A DNA stretch of 64,000 bases from a virus. Positions 29,723 through 38,441 of this stretch are shown here, one piece after another. Position 1 is the first letter of the stretch; every line of letters begins with the position of its first letter. The translations under genes and the position numbers were made by a program. Under the pieces are notes generated by a model, which was given only the letters and a program-made list of their open reading frames with translations, had not been told where the DNA came from and searched no databases. Where the stretch lies: positions 8,744-72,743 of the IMG/VR virus record IMGVR_UViG_3300035698_006643; one strand, written 5' to 3'.

Positions 29723-31093
29723 TCACAGTCCTTCGAGCAAATCATCGAAATTGAGTTCAGACCCAGTGTCAATCTTGCCCGCACTGTTGTCTTCATCCTG
29801 GGTTGGAACCACATCGTTGGGTACTTCAATCTTGTCAAGAATCGTTTGGGTGTTGCTATCCAACAGGTCTGAATCTTCTGAAGCATCAGCACTATCGGAT
29901 TGAGGAAGCCCATCTAATGGGTCTGAATCTTCCGCACCCTCTTCGTCAGCATCTTCGTCAACTTCGTTGTCAACTTCTTCAGCCTCTTCAGCTTCTTCGT
30001 CAGGTTCTTCTTCGTCAGGTTCTTCATCGCTACCACCCCCGCTATCCAATAGGTCGAGCCAGCCCTGATTAGAAGCCGTTACAGCAACTAATTCACCCGT
30101 CTCAGCGTCTTTGAATCCTACCGGTTCGGATTCGGGCTCTTGCTTTGCAGCAGCCACGACGTCTTGTACCAGTGAAGCCTCGAATTCCCGTTCAGCGGCA
30201 CCCTCCCAGGATTCTTTTTGTTCTGGTTCAGGGTCTGGGTCTGGTTCAGGGTCTGGTTCAGGGTCTGGTTCAGGGTCTGGTTCAGGGTCTGGTTCAGGGT
30301 CTGGTTCAGGGTCTGGTTCTGGTTCAGGGTCTGGGTCTGGGTCTGGGTCTGGGTCTGGTTCTGGCTCGGGCTCGGGGTCTGACAACAGGTCATTCAGGTC
30401 GAGTGCCAATTCTTCGAGCTTGGACGATTCCCCTGGTGGGGGTGATTCACGAAAATCTTTTAGCTGGTCAACAGGGTCACCTTCCACTGGAAGTTCGACC
30501 GGGTCTTCCGACATCTCTTCGTCAATGTCTTCGATAGTAGGAAGGTCCTTCGCTGGCATACTGTCAGTTTCAGACCCAGTAAGACTACGGTCTGGGTCTT
30601 CACGAAGAATCCACTTCTGAAGATTCAGGTCAGACCGCACCCCTTTCAGGTCAGAAGTTTTTGTCTTGATTACATCTTCGACAGCGGCGAGGTCTTCTGC
30701 AATCAGCGACAGGTTATCAATTTCACGCACTGATTCGTGAAGTAGGTGTTCAGCCATAGCCTTGCGGTCTGATAGCGATGGCTGCCGACGAACCTTGTCG
30801 TCTTCGGCCAGCATCTCTGTCATCTTGATTCGGAAGATGGCCTTCTTGCGTCGTACCGCATCCAGCACCAGACGCTGGGCTTTTCGGAGTTCAATCTGGA
30901 ATTCTGTGGCCTGGGTCAAAGCATTACGGACGACAGCGATTTTCGTTTGAAGGCTACCCCAGTTCGGGAGTTCATCCAATTCAATGACCATCCCATCAAG
31001 GGCCGTAAACATCGCCTCTATCCGGTCACCACTGACAAGGTCTTCAAACCGCTTCAAATAGTCTGTAGGGCTTCCACCACCGCTGTCTGTCAT
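29723..31093 (-). CDS. Coiled-coil protein (UvsY-like N-terminus?) with long acidic PE/PD-repeat tail
   Basis: 456 aa; helical N-terminus; D/E-rich C-terminal two thirds. Confidence 0.6.
   Translation of the reverse strand: MTDSGGGSPTDYLKRFEDLVSGDRIEAMFTALDGMVIELDELPNWGSLQTKIAVVRNALTQATEFQIELRKAQRLVLDAVRRKKAIFRIKMTEMLAEDDKVRRQPSLSDRKAMAEHLLHESVREIDNLSLIAEDLAAVEDVIKTKTSDLKGVRSDLNLQKWILREDPDRSLTGSETDSMPAKDLPTIEDIDEEMSEDPVELPVEGDPVDQLKDFRESPPPGESSKLEELALDLNDLLSDPEPEPEPDPDPDPDPDPEPEPDPEPDPEPDPEPDPEPDPEPDPEPDPDPEPEQKESWEGAAEREFEASLVQDVVAAAKQEPESEPVGFKDAETGELVAVTASNQGWLDLLDSGGGSDEEPDEEEPDEEAEEAEEVDNEVDEDADEEGAEDSDPLDGLPQSDSADASEDSDLLDSNTQTILDKIEVPNDVVPTQDEDNSAGKIDTGSELNFDDLLEGL
30221..30380. repeat. 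Coding tandem repeat, 6/12-bp unit GGTTCAGGGTCT, encoding (PEPD)n
   Basis: Directly visible in the sequence. Confidence 0.95.
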
Positions 31094-31407
31094 TCTTTCA
31101 CCTTTTCGACGGATTTGATCAACGCATCATACCGAAACATCGCAGCCGTCAAACGACCACGGAACTGTCCCTCGGTCAGTGCTCCACGGGCGAACGCAGC
31201 CATCAACGCCCCTTTCGTGGACTTCTTTCCCACCATCAACATCGCCAAATCAACCTCTGCCAACGTGAGGTTCGCTTTAGCATCCTCCGACAATGAAGCA
31301 CCAGCCGAACAGAAAACCTTTTCCCGGCCAACACGCAGTTCAAAAGAAGCGGTATCGGTCACACGGTTGAAACGAAGTCGGGATTCCAAATCTTTTTGAG
31401 TGCACAT
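31090..31407 (-). CDS. Hypothetical protein
   Basis: Start MCTQK with SD AGGAGG. Confidence 0.55.
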   Translation of the reverse strand: MCTQKDLESRLRFNRVTDTASFELRVGREKVFCSAGASLSEDAKANLTLAEVDLAMLMVGKKSTKGALMAAFARGALTEGQFRGRLTAAMFRYDALIKSVEKVKE

Positions 31408-31441
31408 AGTCAATCCTCCTGTAGCCTTCAATGGCACCTAC

Positions 31442-33634
31442 CTATACAGCTACCTCAAGAATCCGATTAGAGAGGTAGGTGTTGCGGGATTTGACACGGC
31501 TATTCCCGACAGCACGAACGATAGCGTTCCAGTTCCCATAGATGAAAACCTTCTTCTTTGCTCTGGTCACCGCCGTATAGAACAGATTCCGTTGAAGCAT
31601 TATCCCAAAGGCACTGACAAACGGCATAATGACCATGTCGTGTTCCTGACCTTGTGACTTGTGAACTGTGATGGCATACGCCAGCTTCAGGATGGTACGT
31701 GCCTCTGACTTCGGCAGCGTGATACGAATCGGTTGAACGGCGGATTCGATGTCGATAACAAGGTTGTTATCTATGATGGCAACGATACGCCCTACGTCAC
31801 CGTTATAGACTTCCCGTTCATAGTCATTTCGAGTGATCATCACCCGGTCGTGTTCTCGGAAAGTCCTGTCTCTTGAAACTTTCAATTCAGCCTGACCAGA
31901 CAGCGGATTCAATCTATCCCGAATAGCGTCATTCAGGTTTGACACCCCCAGCGTCCCGGCGTGCCTTGGACTAATGACCTGGAATTGTTTGTCTAACGCC
32001 GTCAGTCGTTCGCAAGCGTGCAAGATATGACCAAGTATCTGGTCTTCGTCCTGCATATTGAAGAAGTGGAAGTCCTTGTCCTTGCCCTCCAGAATCTCAG
32101 GGGCCAGCCCGTGAACGATTCGATGTGAATTCGTCACAATGTCTGAAGCCTTTTCTTGCCTGTAGATTTCAGTGAGGGCGACATGCGGTATCAGCCCAAC
32201 CTGGGTCAGTTCCCAAAGGACATTCCCAGGACCAACTGAGGGAAGCTGTGAAGGGTCACCGACCATCAATAGTCGGGCTTCAGGACGGAGCCCATTCAAA
32301 AGATGGTAGAAGACTTCCTGGTCTACCATCGAAAATTCGTCAATCACAGCGGCGTCTGCCGGAAGGGGTTCTTGGCTGTTGACATCCCAGGTAGCACCCT
32401 TGTACCGCAGACAGCGATGAATTGTCTTCGCTGGGAACTTCGTGATTTCACTGAGCCGCTTTGCAGCAATACCCGTCGGGGCCATCAACTGGAAATCAAG
32501 CCCCCGGTCAGTGTAGTAGTCAACCACGGCTTTCATTAGAGTGGTTTTACCAGTCCCTGGAAGCCCTGTAAGCACCATGATGCGGTTGTTGACAGCCATC
32601 CTGAACCCGGACAACTGTTGTTCACTGAAATTGATGCTGTTCCGGTCCTGGTACTTCGTGAGGAAGCTTTCAACTACCTCGTCAGTACCGATACGATGGT
32701 CTTCCCCGGATTCTATCATATCGACGACACGCTGTGCGGAATAGCGTTCGTGGTCGTAGGACCACCGAGGGTAGATTCGATTCTCTTCAATATGAAGACG
32801 ACACCACTGATTTTCTACCGCTGCCATCCGAATACACATTTCCCGAATCTCTGATTCCAGGATGTCACGACCAAAACGCCGCACACCCGGTCGGTTAGCC
32901 AGGTCTAGGACATTGGAGTACACTTCACTTCGAGTAAGGTACACGTGACCGTTACGTTGTCCGACATCTACGATGGAATGGTAGATAGCGGCCATAATCC
33001 GGTTAGGGTCGTCAGCAGAAACACCGAGACTGTAGGCGACCTTGTCTGCGGCAATAAAGCCAAACCGGTCAATCGCCATCAACTTGTATGGGTTCTCCTT
33101 GACGATATCAATGGCCTTGTCACCCCACTTTCGGAACAGAGACCTTGACTGGTCAACCCCAAGCCCACTACCCATAAAGAACGACATCACGACGGCTTCA
33201 CGGGAAGTTTGCTGGAAAGATTTGACAATTCTTTTCAAACGGGCGGCACCAGCAGCGGTGGTGAACTCTGGGAATTCTTTCAAGCGTTTGGGTTCATTCA
33301 TCATCACGTTGACCGTATCCACCCCAAACTTATCAACGATTCTCTTGGCTGTAATCGGGCCGATTGATTCGACCATCGACTGTAGGTAACAGACAATCCC
33401 CTGGACAGTGTTATCCTTCTTCAGCCCAAAGCGTTTGAAGACAAAAGTCTTCCCGTACTTCGTGTCTTCAAAATCCCCTTCGAGATGGATATTCAACCCA
33501 CGAAGGAGATTGTGGGTCGGAACGACCCCTCTGGCACCGCAGCGGCCACCGGATTCCAGCTTCATTTTGAAGATGAAAACCCGTTCGTCTACGTCACTCC
33601 AAACGATATGTTCAACTTGTCCTGATATAATCAC
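31442..33634 (-). CDS. recD2: RecD2-like SF1 helicase
   Basis: IGPITAKRIV; ENPY; GLPGTGKTT; IDEFSM; GDPSQLPSVGPG; YAITVHKSQG. Confidence 0.95.
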   Translation of the reverse strand: MIISGQVEHIVWSDVDERVFIFKMKLESGGRCGARGVVPTHNLLRGLNIHLEGDFEDTKYGKTFVFKRFGLKKDNTVQGIVCYLQSMVESIGPITAKRIVDKFGVDTVNVMMNEPKRLKEFPEFTTAAGAARLKRIVKSFQQTSREAVVMSFFMGSGLGVDQSRSLFRKWGDKAIDIVKENPYKLMAIDRFGFIAADKVAYSLGVSADDPNRIMAAIYHSIVDVGQRNGHVYLTRSEVYSNVLDLANRPGVRRFGRDILESEIREMCIRMAAVENQWCRLHIEENRIYPRWSYDHERYSAQRVVDMIESGEDHRIGTDEVVESFLTKYQDRNSINFSEQQLSGFRMAVNNRIMVLTGLPGTGKTTLMKAVVDYYTDRGLDFQLMAPTGIAAKRLSEITKFPAKTIHRCLRYKGATWDVNSQEPLPADAAVIDEFSMVDQEVFYHLLNGLRPEARLLMVGDPSQLPSVGPGNVLWELTQVGLIPHVALTEIYRQEKASDIVTNSHRIVHGLAPEILEGKDKDFHFFNMQDEDQILGHILHACERLTALDKQFQVISPRHAGTLGVSNLNDAIRDRLNPLSGQAELKVSRDRTFREHDRVMITRNDYEREVYNGDVGRIVAIIDNNLVIDIESAVQPIRITLPKSEARTILKLAYAITVHKSQGQEHDMVIMPFVSAFGIMLQRNLFYTAVTRAKKKVFIYGNWNAIVRAVGNSRVKSRNTYLSNRILEVAV

Positions 33635-33643
33635 AGCGATTCC

Positions 33644-33934
33644 TCACTTCGGTTCTGGGGGGACGTACTTTGGGTTCCGTTTGGGTGGGTTCACTTCTGC
33701 CAGTGGGGGCTCAATTCCCCGTTCAGCTTCAAGCAAAGCCGCAAGACGGGCTGCGTCTTCCAATGACACCAGGACCAACCGAACTTCTTCACCTTCCAGG
33801 TTTGAAAAGAGGTCTTCGACCTGGGTCGCTTCTTCACCTGATGGGGTAATGACCCAACGGTTAGCTACCTTCGTGAGGGTTCCTTCCTTAATGAAAATCC
33901 GACTCCCGATGACTTCCGTAGTATCTTCTTTCAT
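33644..33934 (-). CDS. Hypothetical protein
   Basis: Start MKEDT with ATGA overlap. Confidence 0.5.
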   Translation of the reverse strand: MKEDTTEVIGSRIFIKEGTLTKVANRWVITPSGEEATQVEDLFSNLEGEEVRLVLVSLEDAARLAALLEAERGIEPPLAEVNPPKRNPKYVPPEPK

Positions 33935-34284
33935 GCCTTTGCCTTTGCCTCTGAAACGTTCCATTGCTTCCCCATAATCCGCCGATGGGCATCGTCTTCA
34001 TCAACGACTACACCGCCCCGGCGTTGAATCACGGTCAGGACAAGTGACTTGTATTGGGCCCCGACCACTTCTAGGTCCTGCCCTGTCTGGACCGTATCAG
34101 TCAAAAAAGAACGCTCCGTCATCGCTGACAGACCGTCCTTCTTATAGGCTTCGTAGGGGCTCCGATAGCGTTTGATAACAACGTGCATCCGACCCGATTC
34201 AGTGATTTTACCGCAGAAGTAAATTCCCATGACGGTTGTCGGGTTCCCACGTTTGTCGTTCATAACCAGCAAAACTTTGGCCAT
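33931..34284 (-). CDS. Hypothetical protein
   Basis: 117 aa in operon. Confidence 0.55.
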   Translation of the reverse strand: MAKVLLVMNDKRGNPTTVMGIYFCGKITESGRMHVVIKRYRSPYEAYKKDGLSAMTERSFLTDTVQTGQDLEVVGAQYKSLVLTVIQRRGGVVVDEDDAHRRIMGKQWNVSEAKAKA

Positions 34285-34287
34285 TTT

Positions 34288-35340
34288 CTAACCCCCTTCG
34301 TAGTCATATACAACTTCGAGGCGAGTTGTGCCCTTTTTTCTTCCAACGAGTTCCAGGACAATGGCTTCGACTAAGAGGCGACCCTGTGACCCGGACTTCA
34401 CTTTATAGTCAGCTTCACATAGACGGGCCAGGGCTTGTACCAGTACCATCGGCTTCATTTTCCTCAGTTGCCTGAACATAATCTTCTCTACGACAAACTG
34501 AGGGAGGCTGACCATTTCAGCGATTTCTTCAAATGGCACATTCCGACTGGCCATTGTCAGAACCTTGAACCAGATAAGGACATTCCGCTGTAGAGCCCCT
34601 AGAATCAAAAGAGTAGGGTCACCCACTTCCAATGAAGTAGACTCGTAGATTGACTGGAGGGTCTTCATTGCAGAAGTAGCCCGCCGTTGAAGTATCATAT
34701 CACACAGGTCAAAGGCGGTTAGATTTCGACGGTGGGTCATCACCTTCCAGAATTCATCCGATGAAATCTGACGCCCATTGGCAAAAGTGAGGAGCTTCCG
34801 ACACTCTGATTCAAGCCCAAAGAGGTCACTCCCGACATGTTCGTGGATTGCAAGACACAATTCGTGCGGAAGATTCAGTCCCCTGTCCATCAGATATTCA
34901 CTAATCCAGTCGGCATACTGGTTCACCTTCCGGTTAGCTACAAGCTTCTTTGCCTCAAAATGAACCCCAGAAGTCGCAGCAGCGGTCAAAAAAGCTCCAC
35001 CCGCCCTTGACCCCTGACTCACTACAAAGACTGCCGTGGTGGTGTCACAGGGGTCGTCCAGATAGGCTTTTAGGTGTTTGTTCCGGTCTTTGACCTTCTC
35101 GACATACCAAACGAAAATGGCTACACGGGAAAATCCGGTCATAAAGAAGGGGCGGTGCTCCAGTTCAAGTAGGACTTCTCCACCCCTAGTCTTGTCCGTA
35201 CACCACACGTCTGTTATCTGGTGGGTCCGTGACAGTCTTTCCCGAAGGTACTCCAGCGACTTGGCGTAGAAGTAGGGTTCATCACCAGACACAAGAATCG
35301 AATCAGGGGGCTTCAGCGGATTGATAGTAGCGATTGTCAC
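34288..35340 (-). CDS. holA: DNA polymerase III delta subunit
   Basis: LVSGDEPYF; VGSDLFGLESECRKL; FDLCD; LCEADYKVKSG. Confidence 0.88.
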   Translation of the reverse strand: MTIATINPLKPPDSILVSGDEPYFYAKSLEYLRERLSRTHQITDVWCTDKTRGGEVLLELEHRPFFMTGFSRVAIFVWYVEKVKDRNKHLKAYLDDPCDTTTAVFVVSQGSRAGGAFLTAAATSGVHFEAKKLVANRKVNQYADWISEYLMDRGLNLPHELCLAIHEHVGSDLFGLESECRKLLTFANGRQISSDEFWKVMTHRRNLTAFDLCDMILQRRATSAMKTLQSIYESTSLEVGDPTLLILGALQRNVLIWFKVLTMASRNVPFEEIAEMVSLPQFVVEKIMFRQLRKMKPMVLVQALARLCEADYKVKSGSQGRLLVEAIVLELVGRKKGTTRLEVVYDYEGG

Positions 35341-36254
35341 TTTGACCCCCCCATACGAACCCGAACCCTGGACAGCACAATCAGGGTTTCCAACTGGAAT
35401 CTCATATTGATTGGCCGACCCGAAATTTGAAAGAGGTTGCAGAACCCTTCGAGAACATCGGCTGCCTTATCTCCGAACTCTGTACCTAGTTCCCGGTACA
35501 GGTCTATTCCATCCACACCTGACACAGCATCAAACCCGCCGGCACGAAACCGAATCACGTCATTCAAAATGCTGACCATTTCCTGGAGGATTGGTAGCAA
35601 GGATTCGTCGGGGTACGTAGCTAGAACCTGACCAACATTTTCAAGTGGCCCTTTCACTATCGCCTGAACCATAGCCATCGACCTTTTCCTGACTGACCCC
35701 AAAGACTTATTCATGTGGGCTAGGGCTCTACCGATTGAACCTTCTGCGTAGGCTAGAGCCGTCTTGACGTTACCGGCCTGTACCCCCCGACTGATTAGGA
35801 ATGGAGTCAGGACTTCATCTGATAGACGGTAGAAGGGAATCGGGGCACACCTGGAACGAACTGTGCCTGGAACATTATGAAGCTGATTGGTCACTAGAAA
35901 GAACCGGCACTGGGCTGGCCCCTCTTCAAGCGACTTCAATAGTGCATCTGCCCCAGCCGTTGTCATCCGGTCCACCCCTTCAATGACAAACAGCCGATAG
36001 GGAGCCCTGGGGATTAACGACATCAACCCCAGGAGCTCCCGCACCTGAGCAATCTTGAGGGAATTGCCGTCGGGCTTGAACCAGTGTACGTCTTCGTGGG
36101 GACCTTTCCCGTACAGTTCAAGGACGACTTTCTTCACGACAGTCCGCTTTCCGACCCCTTCATCCCCGTACAGAAGAAAGGAGACCGTATCAGACTGTTG
36201 AAAGCCGTCCTTTAGCCGCTGGTAGGCTACTTCGTGTCCAACTACCTTGGGCAT
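35337..36254 (-). CDS. holB: DNA polymerase III delta-prime subunit
   Basis: VVGHE; YGDEGVGKR; LKIAQVR; DALLKSLEE; SRC; start MPKVV at 36254. Confidence 0.9.
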   Translation of the reverse strand: MPKVVGHEVAYQRLKDGFQQSDTVSFLLYGDEGVGKRTVVKKVVLELYGKGPHEDVHWFKPDGNSLKIAQVRELLGLMSLIPRAPYRLFVIEGVDRMTTAGADALLKSLEEGPAQCRFFLVTNQLHNVPGTVRSRCAPIPFYRLSDEVLTPFLISRGVQAGNVKTALAYAEGSIGRALAHMNKSLGSVRKRSMAMVQAIVKGPLENVGQVLATYPDESLLPILQEMVSILNDVIRFRAGGFDAVSGVDGIDLYRELGTEFGDKAADVLEGFCNLFQISGRPINMRFQLETLIVLSRVRVRMGGSK

Positions 36255-36457
36255 TAGTGATTGAAACCCCCGCCGACCTGGACGGAATAGGTGTACCCAC
36301 ACTCGGCACACTTGAACCGGGTGCATCCACCCACCTGTGAAGTCGTACATCGGATACTGGTACAACCAGGCCGACGGCACGCAGCGTGAACATACTTCTC
36401 ATCCGGTTTAGGGTCACGACCTTCTCTTGGGATTGACGGAACTCGGTTGTCTGACAT
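36254..36457 (-). CDS. Small zinc-ribbon protein
   Basis: CRRPGC...CAEC; SD GAGGAGG; TAATG coupling to holB. Confidence 0.7.
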   Translation of the reverse strand: MSDNRVPSIPREGRDPKPDEKYVHAACRRPGCTSIRCTTSQVGGCTRFKCAECGYTYSVQVGGGFNH

Positions 36458-36487
36458 TGGAACCTCCTCAGTTAATGTCCATGATTA

Positions 36488-36901
36488 CTATACAAAGATA
36501 CGGGTGAGTTCCGTTTGAATTTTTGACCTGAAGGCGTCTGGGTCGTAGGTAATCAACCGAAGATTGATTGGAGTTCTCGGATTGAAGCGGTGTTGAACAC
36601 GGGTAGCGGACTTAGGTTTCAAGTAGGTACCCAGACGATAGGGCATTGAAGACGAAGGAACCGCTGGACCCCCCACTTCATCTTCACCGTCTGAAATCGT
36701 TTCAGGGTCGTACAGAATGTTATCCATCAAAAGGTTCCAGTCGTCGATATGAAGGGTCATCTGGAACCTAGTGCCACTGATGATGGCTACCTTCACCGTT
36801 CCAACCCTTGAAACCTTTGCAGTCAACTGATGCCGAAGAAGTCCAATGATGACTCCCGGCAAGGTAGCCACAGCTTCAGTTGATGTCAGTCTGTTTACCA
36901 T
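36488..36901 (-). CDS. Hypothetical protein (late)
   Basis: Start MVNRL; late motif at 36926. Confidence 0.55.
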   Translation of the reverse strand: MVNRLTSTEAVATLPGVIIGLLRHQLTAKVSRVGTVKVAIISGTRFQMTLHIDDWNLLMDNILYDPETISDGEDEVGGPAVPSSSMPYRLGTYLKPKSATRVQHRFNPRTPINLRLITYDPDAFRSKIQTELTRIFV

Positions 36902-36944
36902 TGAAGCACCCCTACCACCTGAAATCCATAAATCCATTACCGCT

Positions 36945-37620
36945 GAAATCCCTTGACTTCCCCATCTTCCTTGATGAAACTGGTTCCCGGTTGGACGAAT
37001 CATCCTTTTCATCGTTCAACTGAGGCCCGAAGGGGAGGACCTAGAGGCAATGTTGATGATGCAATATCACATTGAACCGACAAATGATTTCGAGTCACTT
37101 CGATTTCTATCACCTATGCTATCAGGGGCAGCTTCACGGGATGATGATTCACGAATGAATCGAAGCCGCCATTTGGGGGGAAAGCTCTTAGGGCTTCCAC
37201 GGAAGGATTACGGAATGAATACCCCCAAGGGAAAGTGTCTGATTCAGAAGGGACTTAATCATGAATCCGATAGGACGAACCAGGTTCCCAACCTGGCTGG
37301 CCCTATTACAAGTGAAAAAGGAAAAGGGACTGTGCATCCAGATACCTTAACTAAATTAACTTGTAATGACTTTTCTTCCTACCCGTTAAATTTCAGTGCT
37401 GAAGAAGATGATGTGATGATGATTCCAGTTACAGTAGTTAGCGTAGCGATAATGACAAGCGAGAGACGCAGTCAGGGTTAACCTGTCAGGAAGGGTTTTA
37501 GGTACCTTCAACTGCAAAATCACCTGAATTGAAGCGGGTTTCCTTCATCGAAGTCGCTTCCTCACACACCCCCATTTACGCCCGAAGTGTATTCAAACAA
37601 CAAGTGAGGTAGGATTTGGG
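36945..37620. other. Hairpin-rich non-coding region (candidate origin or large ncRNA)
   Basis: Many inverted repeats; AT-rich centre; no credible ORF. Confidence 0.45.
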
Positions 37621-37622
37621 TT

Positions 37623-38114
37623 CTATCGGGCGGTAGGAGCCTTGGGGAAGCTGACTCTGGGTTCATTCGTCTTGTATTCAATCGAAGCCGCCACCTTGAT
37701 TTTGACTGGACTGTTCAACACAGATGCACTCAGGGATTCATCGAAGGTCTTCTTTGGGGTGTAAGTCGTCTTCGTCTCGAACAGCTTGTCGAAGACTTCA
37801 TCACCAAGCTGTTCCTTAATCGCATCAATGTCAGCACCTTTCTTGATGACGACTTTCGTGTCAGTGAAGGTAACGGATACCACCCCAAGCTTCCCATCAA
37901 GAACTGCTTGCCGGTCGGTTGGATTCAATTCAACGAGTCCACGCTGTCGAAGTGTCCCTTTCAGGATGTCCTGCTTCCCTTTAGCGTTCTTTATCATCCA
38001 GTCAAGGGCTGTACCCTGGTCAATGTCAGAATCACCGGCTACTTCAAGCAAAGCAGCGAGGCTACTCCCAATCACGGTCTTGATTTGTTTCGTCAGGTTT
38101 TTGTCTTCAGCCAT
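37623..38114 (-). CDS. Hypothetical protein
   Basis: 163 aa; coupled to the upstream gene. Confidence 0.6.
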   Translation of the reverse strand: MAEDKNLTKQIKTVIGSSLAALLEVAGDSDIDQGTALDWMIKNAKGKQDILKGTLRQRGLVELNPTDRQAVLDGKLGVVSVTFTDTKVVIKKGADIDAIKEQLGDEVFDKLFETKTTYTPKKTFDESLSASVLNSPVKIKVAASIEYKTNEPRVSFPKAPTAR

Positions 38115-38434
38115 TAGATGTCCCTCTTGAATGATGGTGTTGCTGTAGTCGGGTCATCAACCATGTCAATGACCTCAGACGCCATGACCCCATCGGTTTT
38201 TACGTCAGCGTCTCGAATCAACTGAGCCCTTCGTTCTAGGGCTTCAATTCGTAGTTGTTCCTGGGTTTCAATTTCATCACCGACGACAGATACAAGAATT
38301 GCAGTCCTAACCCGGCACTGGTCAGTGAAGTCACAGAATTCTTCTGAGCATTCTTCAACGGCAGCGTCAAAGTTCCCATAGCAAGGAACGATGGCTTTGA
38401 TTTCGTTGTCGGTCATTTGTTCAAGCTTCTTCAT
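38114..38434 (-). CDS. Hypothetical Cys-containing protein
   Basis: CYG...C...C...C pattern. Confidence 0.55.
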   Translation of the reverse strand: MKKLEQMTDNEIKAIVPCYGNFDAAVEECSEEFCDFTDQCRVRTAILVSVVGDEIETQEQLRIEALERRAQLIRDADVKTDGVMASEVIDMVDDPTTATPSFKRDI

Positions 38435-38441
38435 CAGGTAC

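Noticed and set aside
30221-30380. CRISPR array
   Set aside because: Contiguous tandem repeat without spacers; no array seen anywhere, and the Cas4-like nuclease sits in a recombination operon.
30111-30620. (GS)n, (VQGL)n and (QTLN)n ORFs
   Set aside because: Alternative-frame or antisense readings of the PEPD repeat.
37050-37481. 143-aa + strand ORF; also RNase P RNA
   Set aside because: No motifs, opposite to its neighbours, within a hairpin-rich region; RNase P core motifs are absent.
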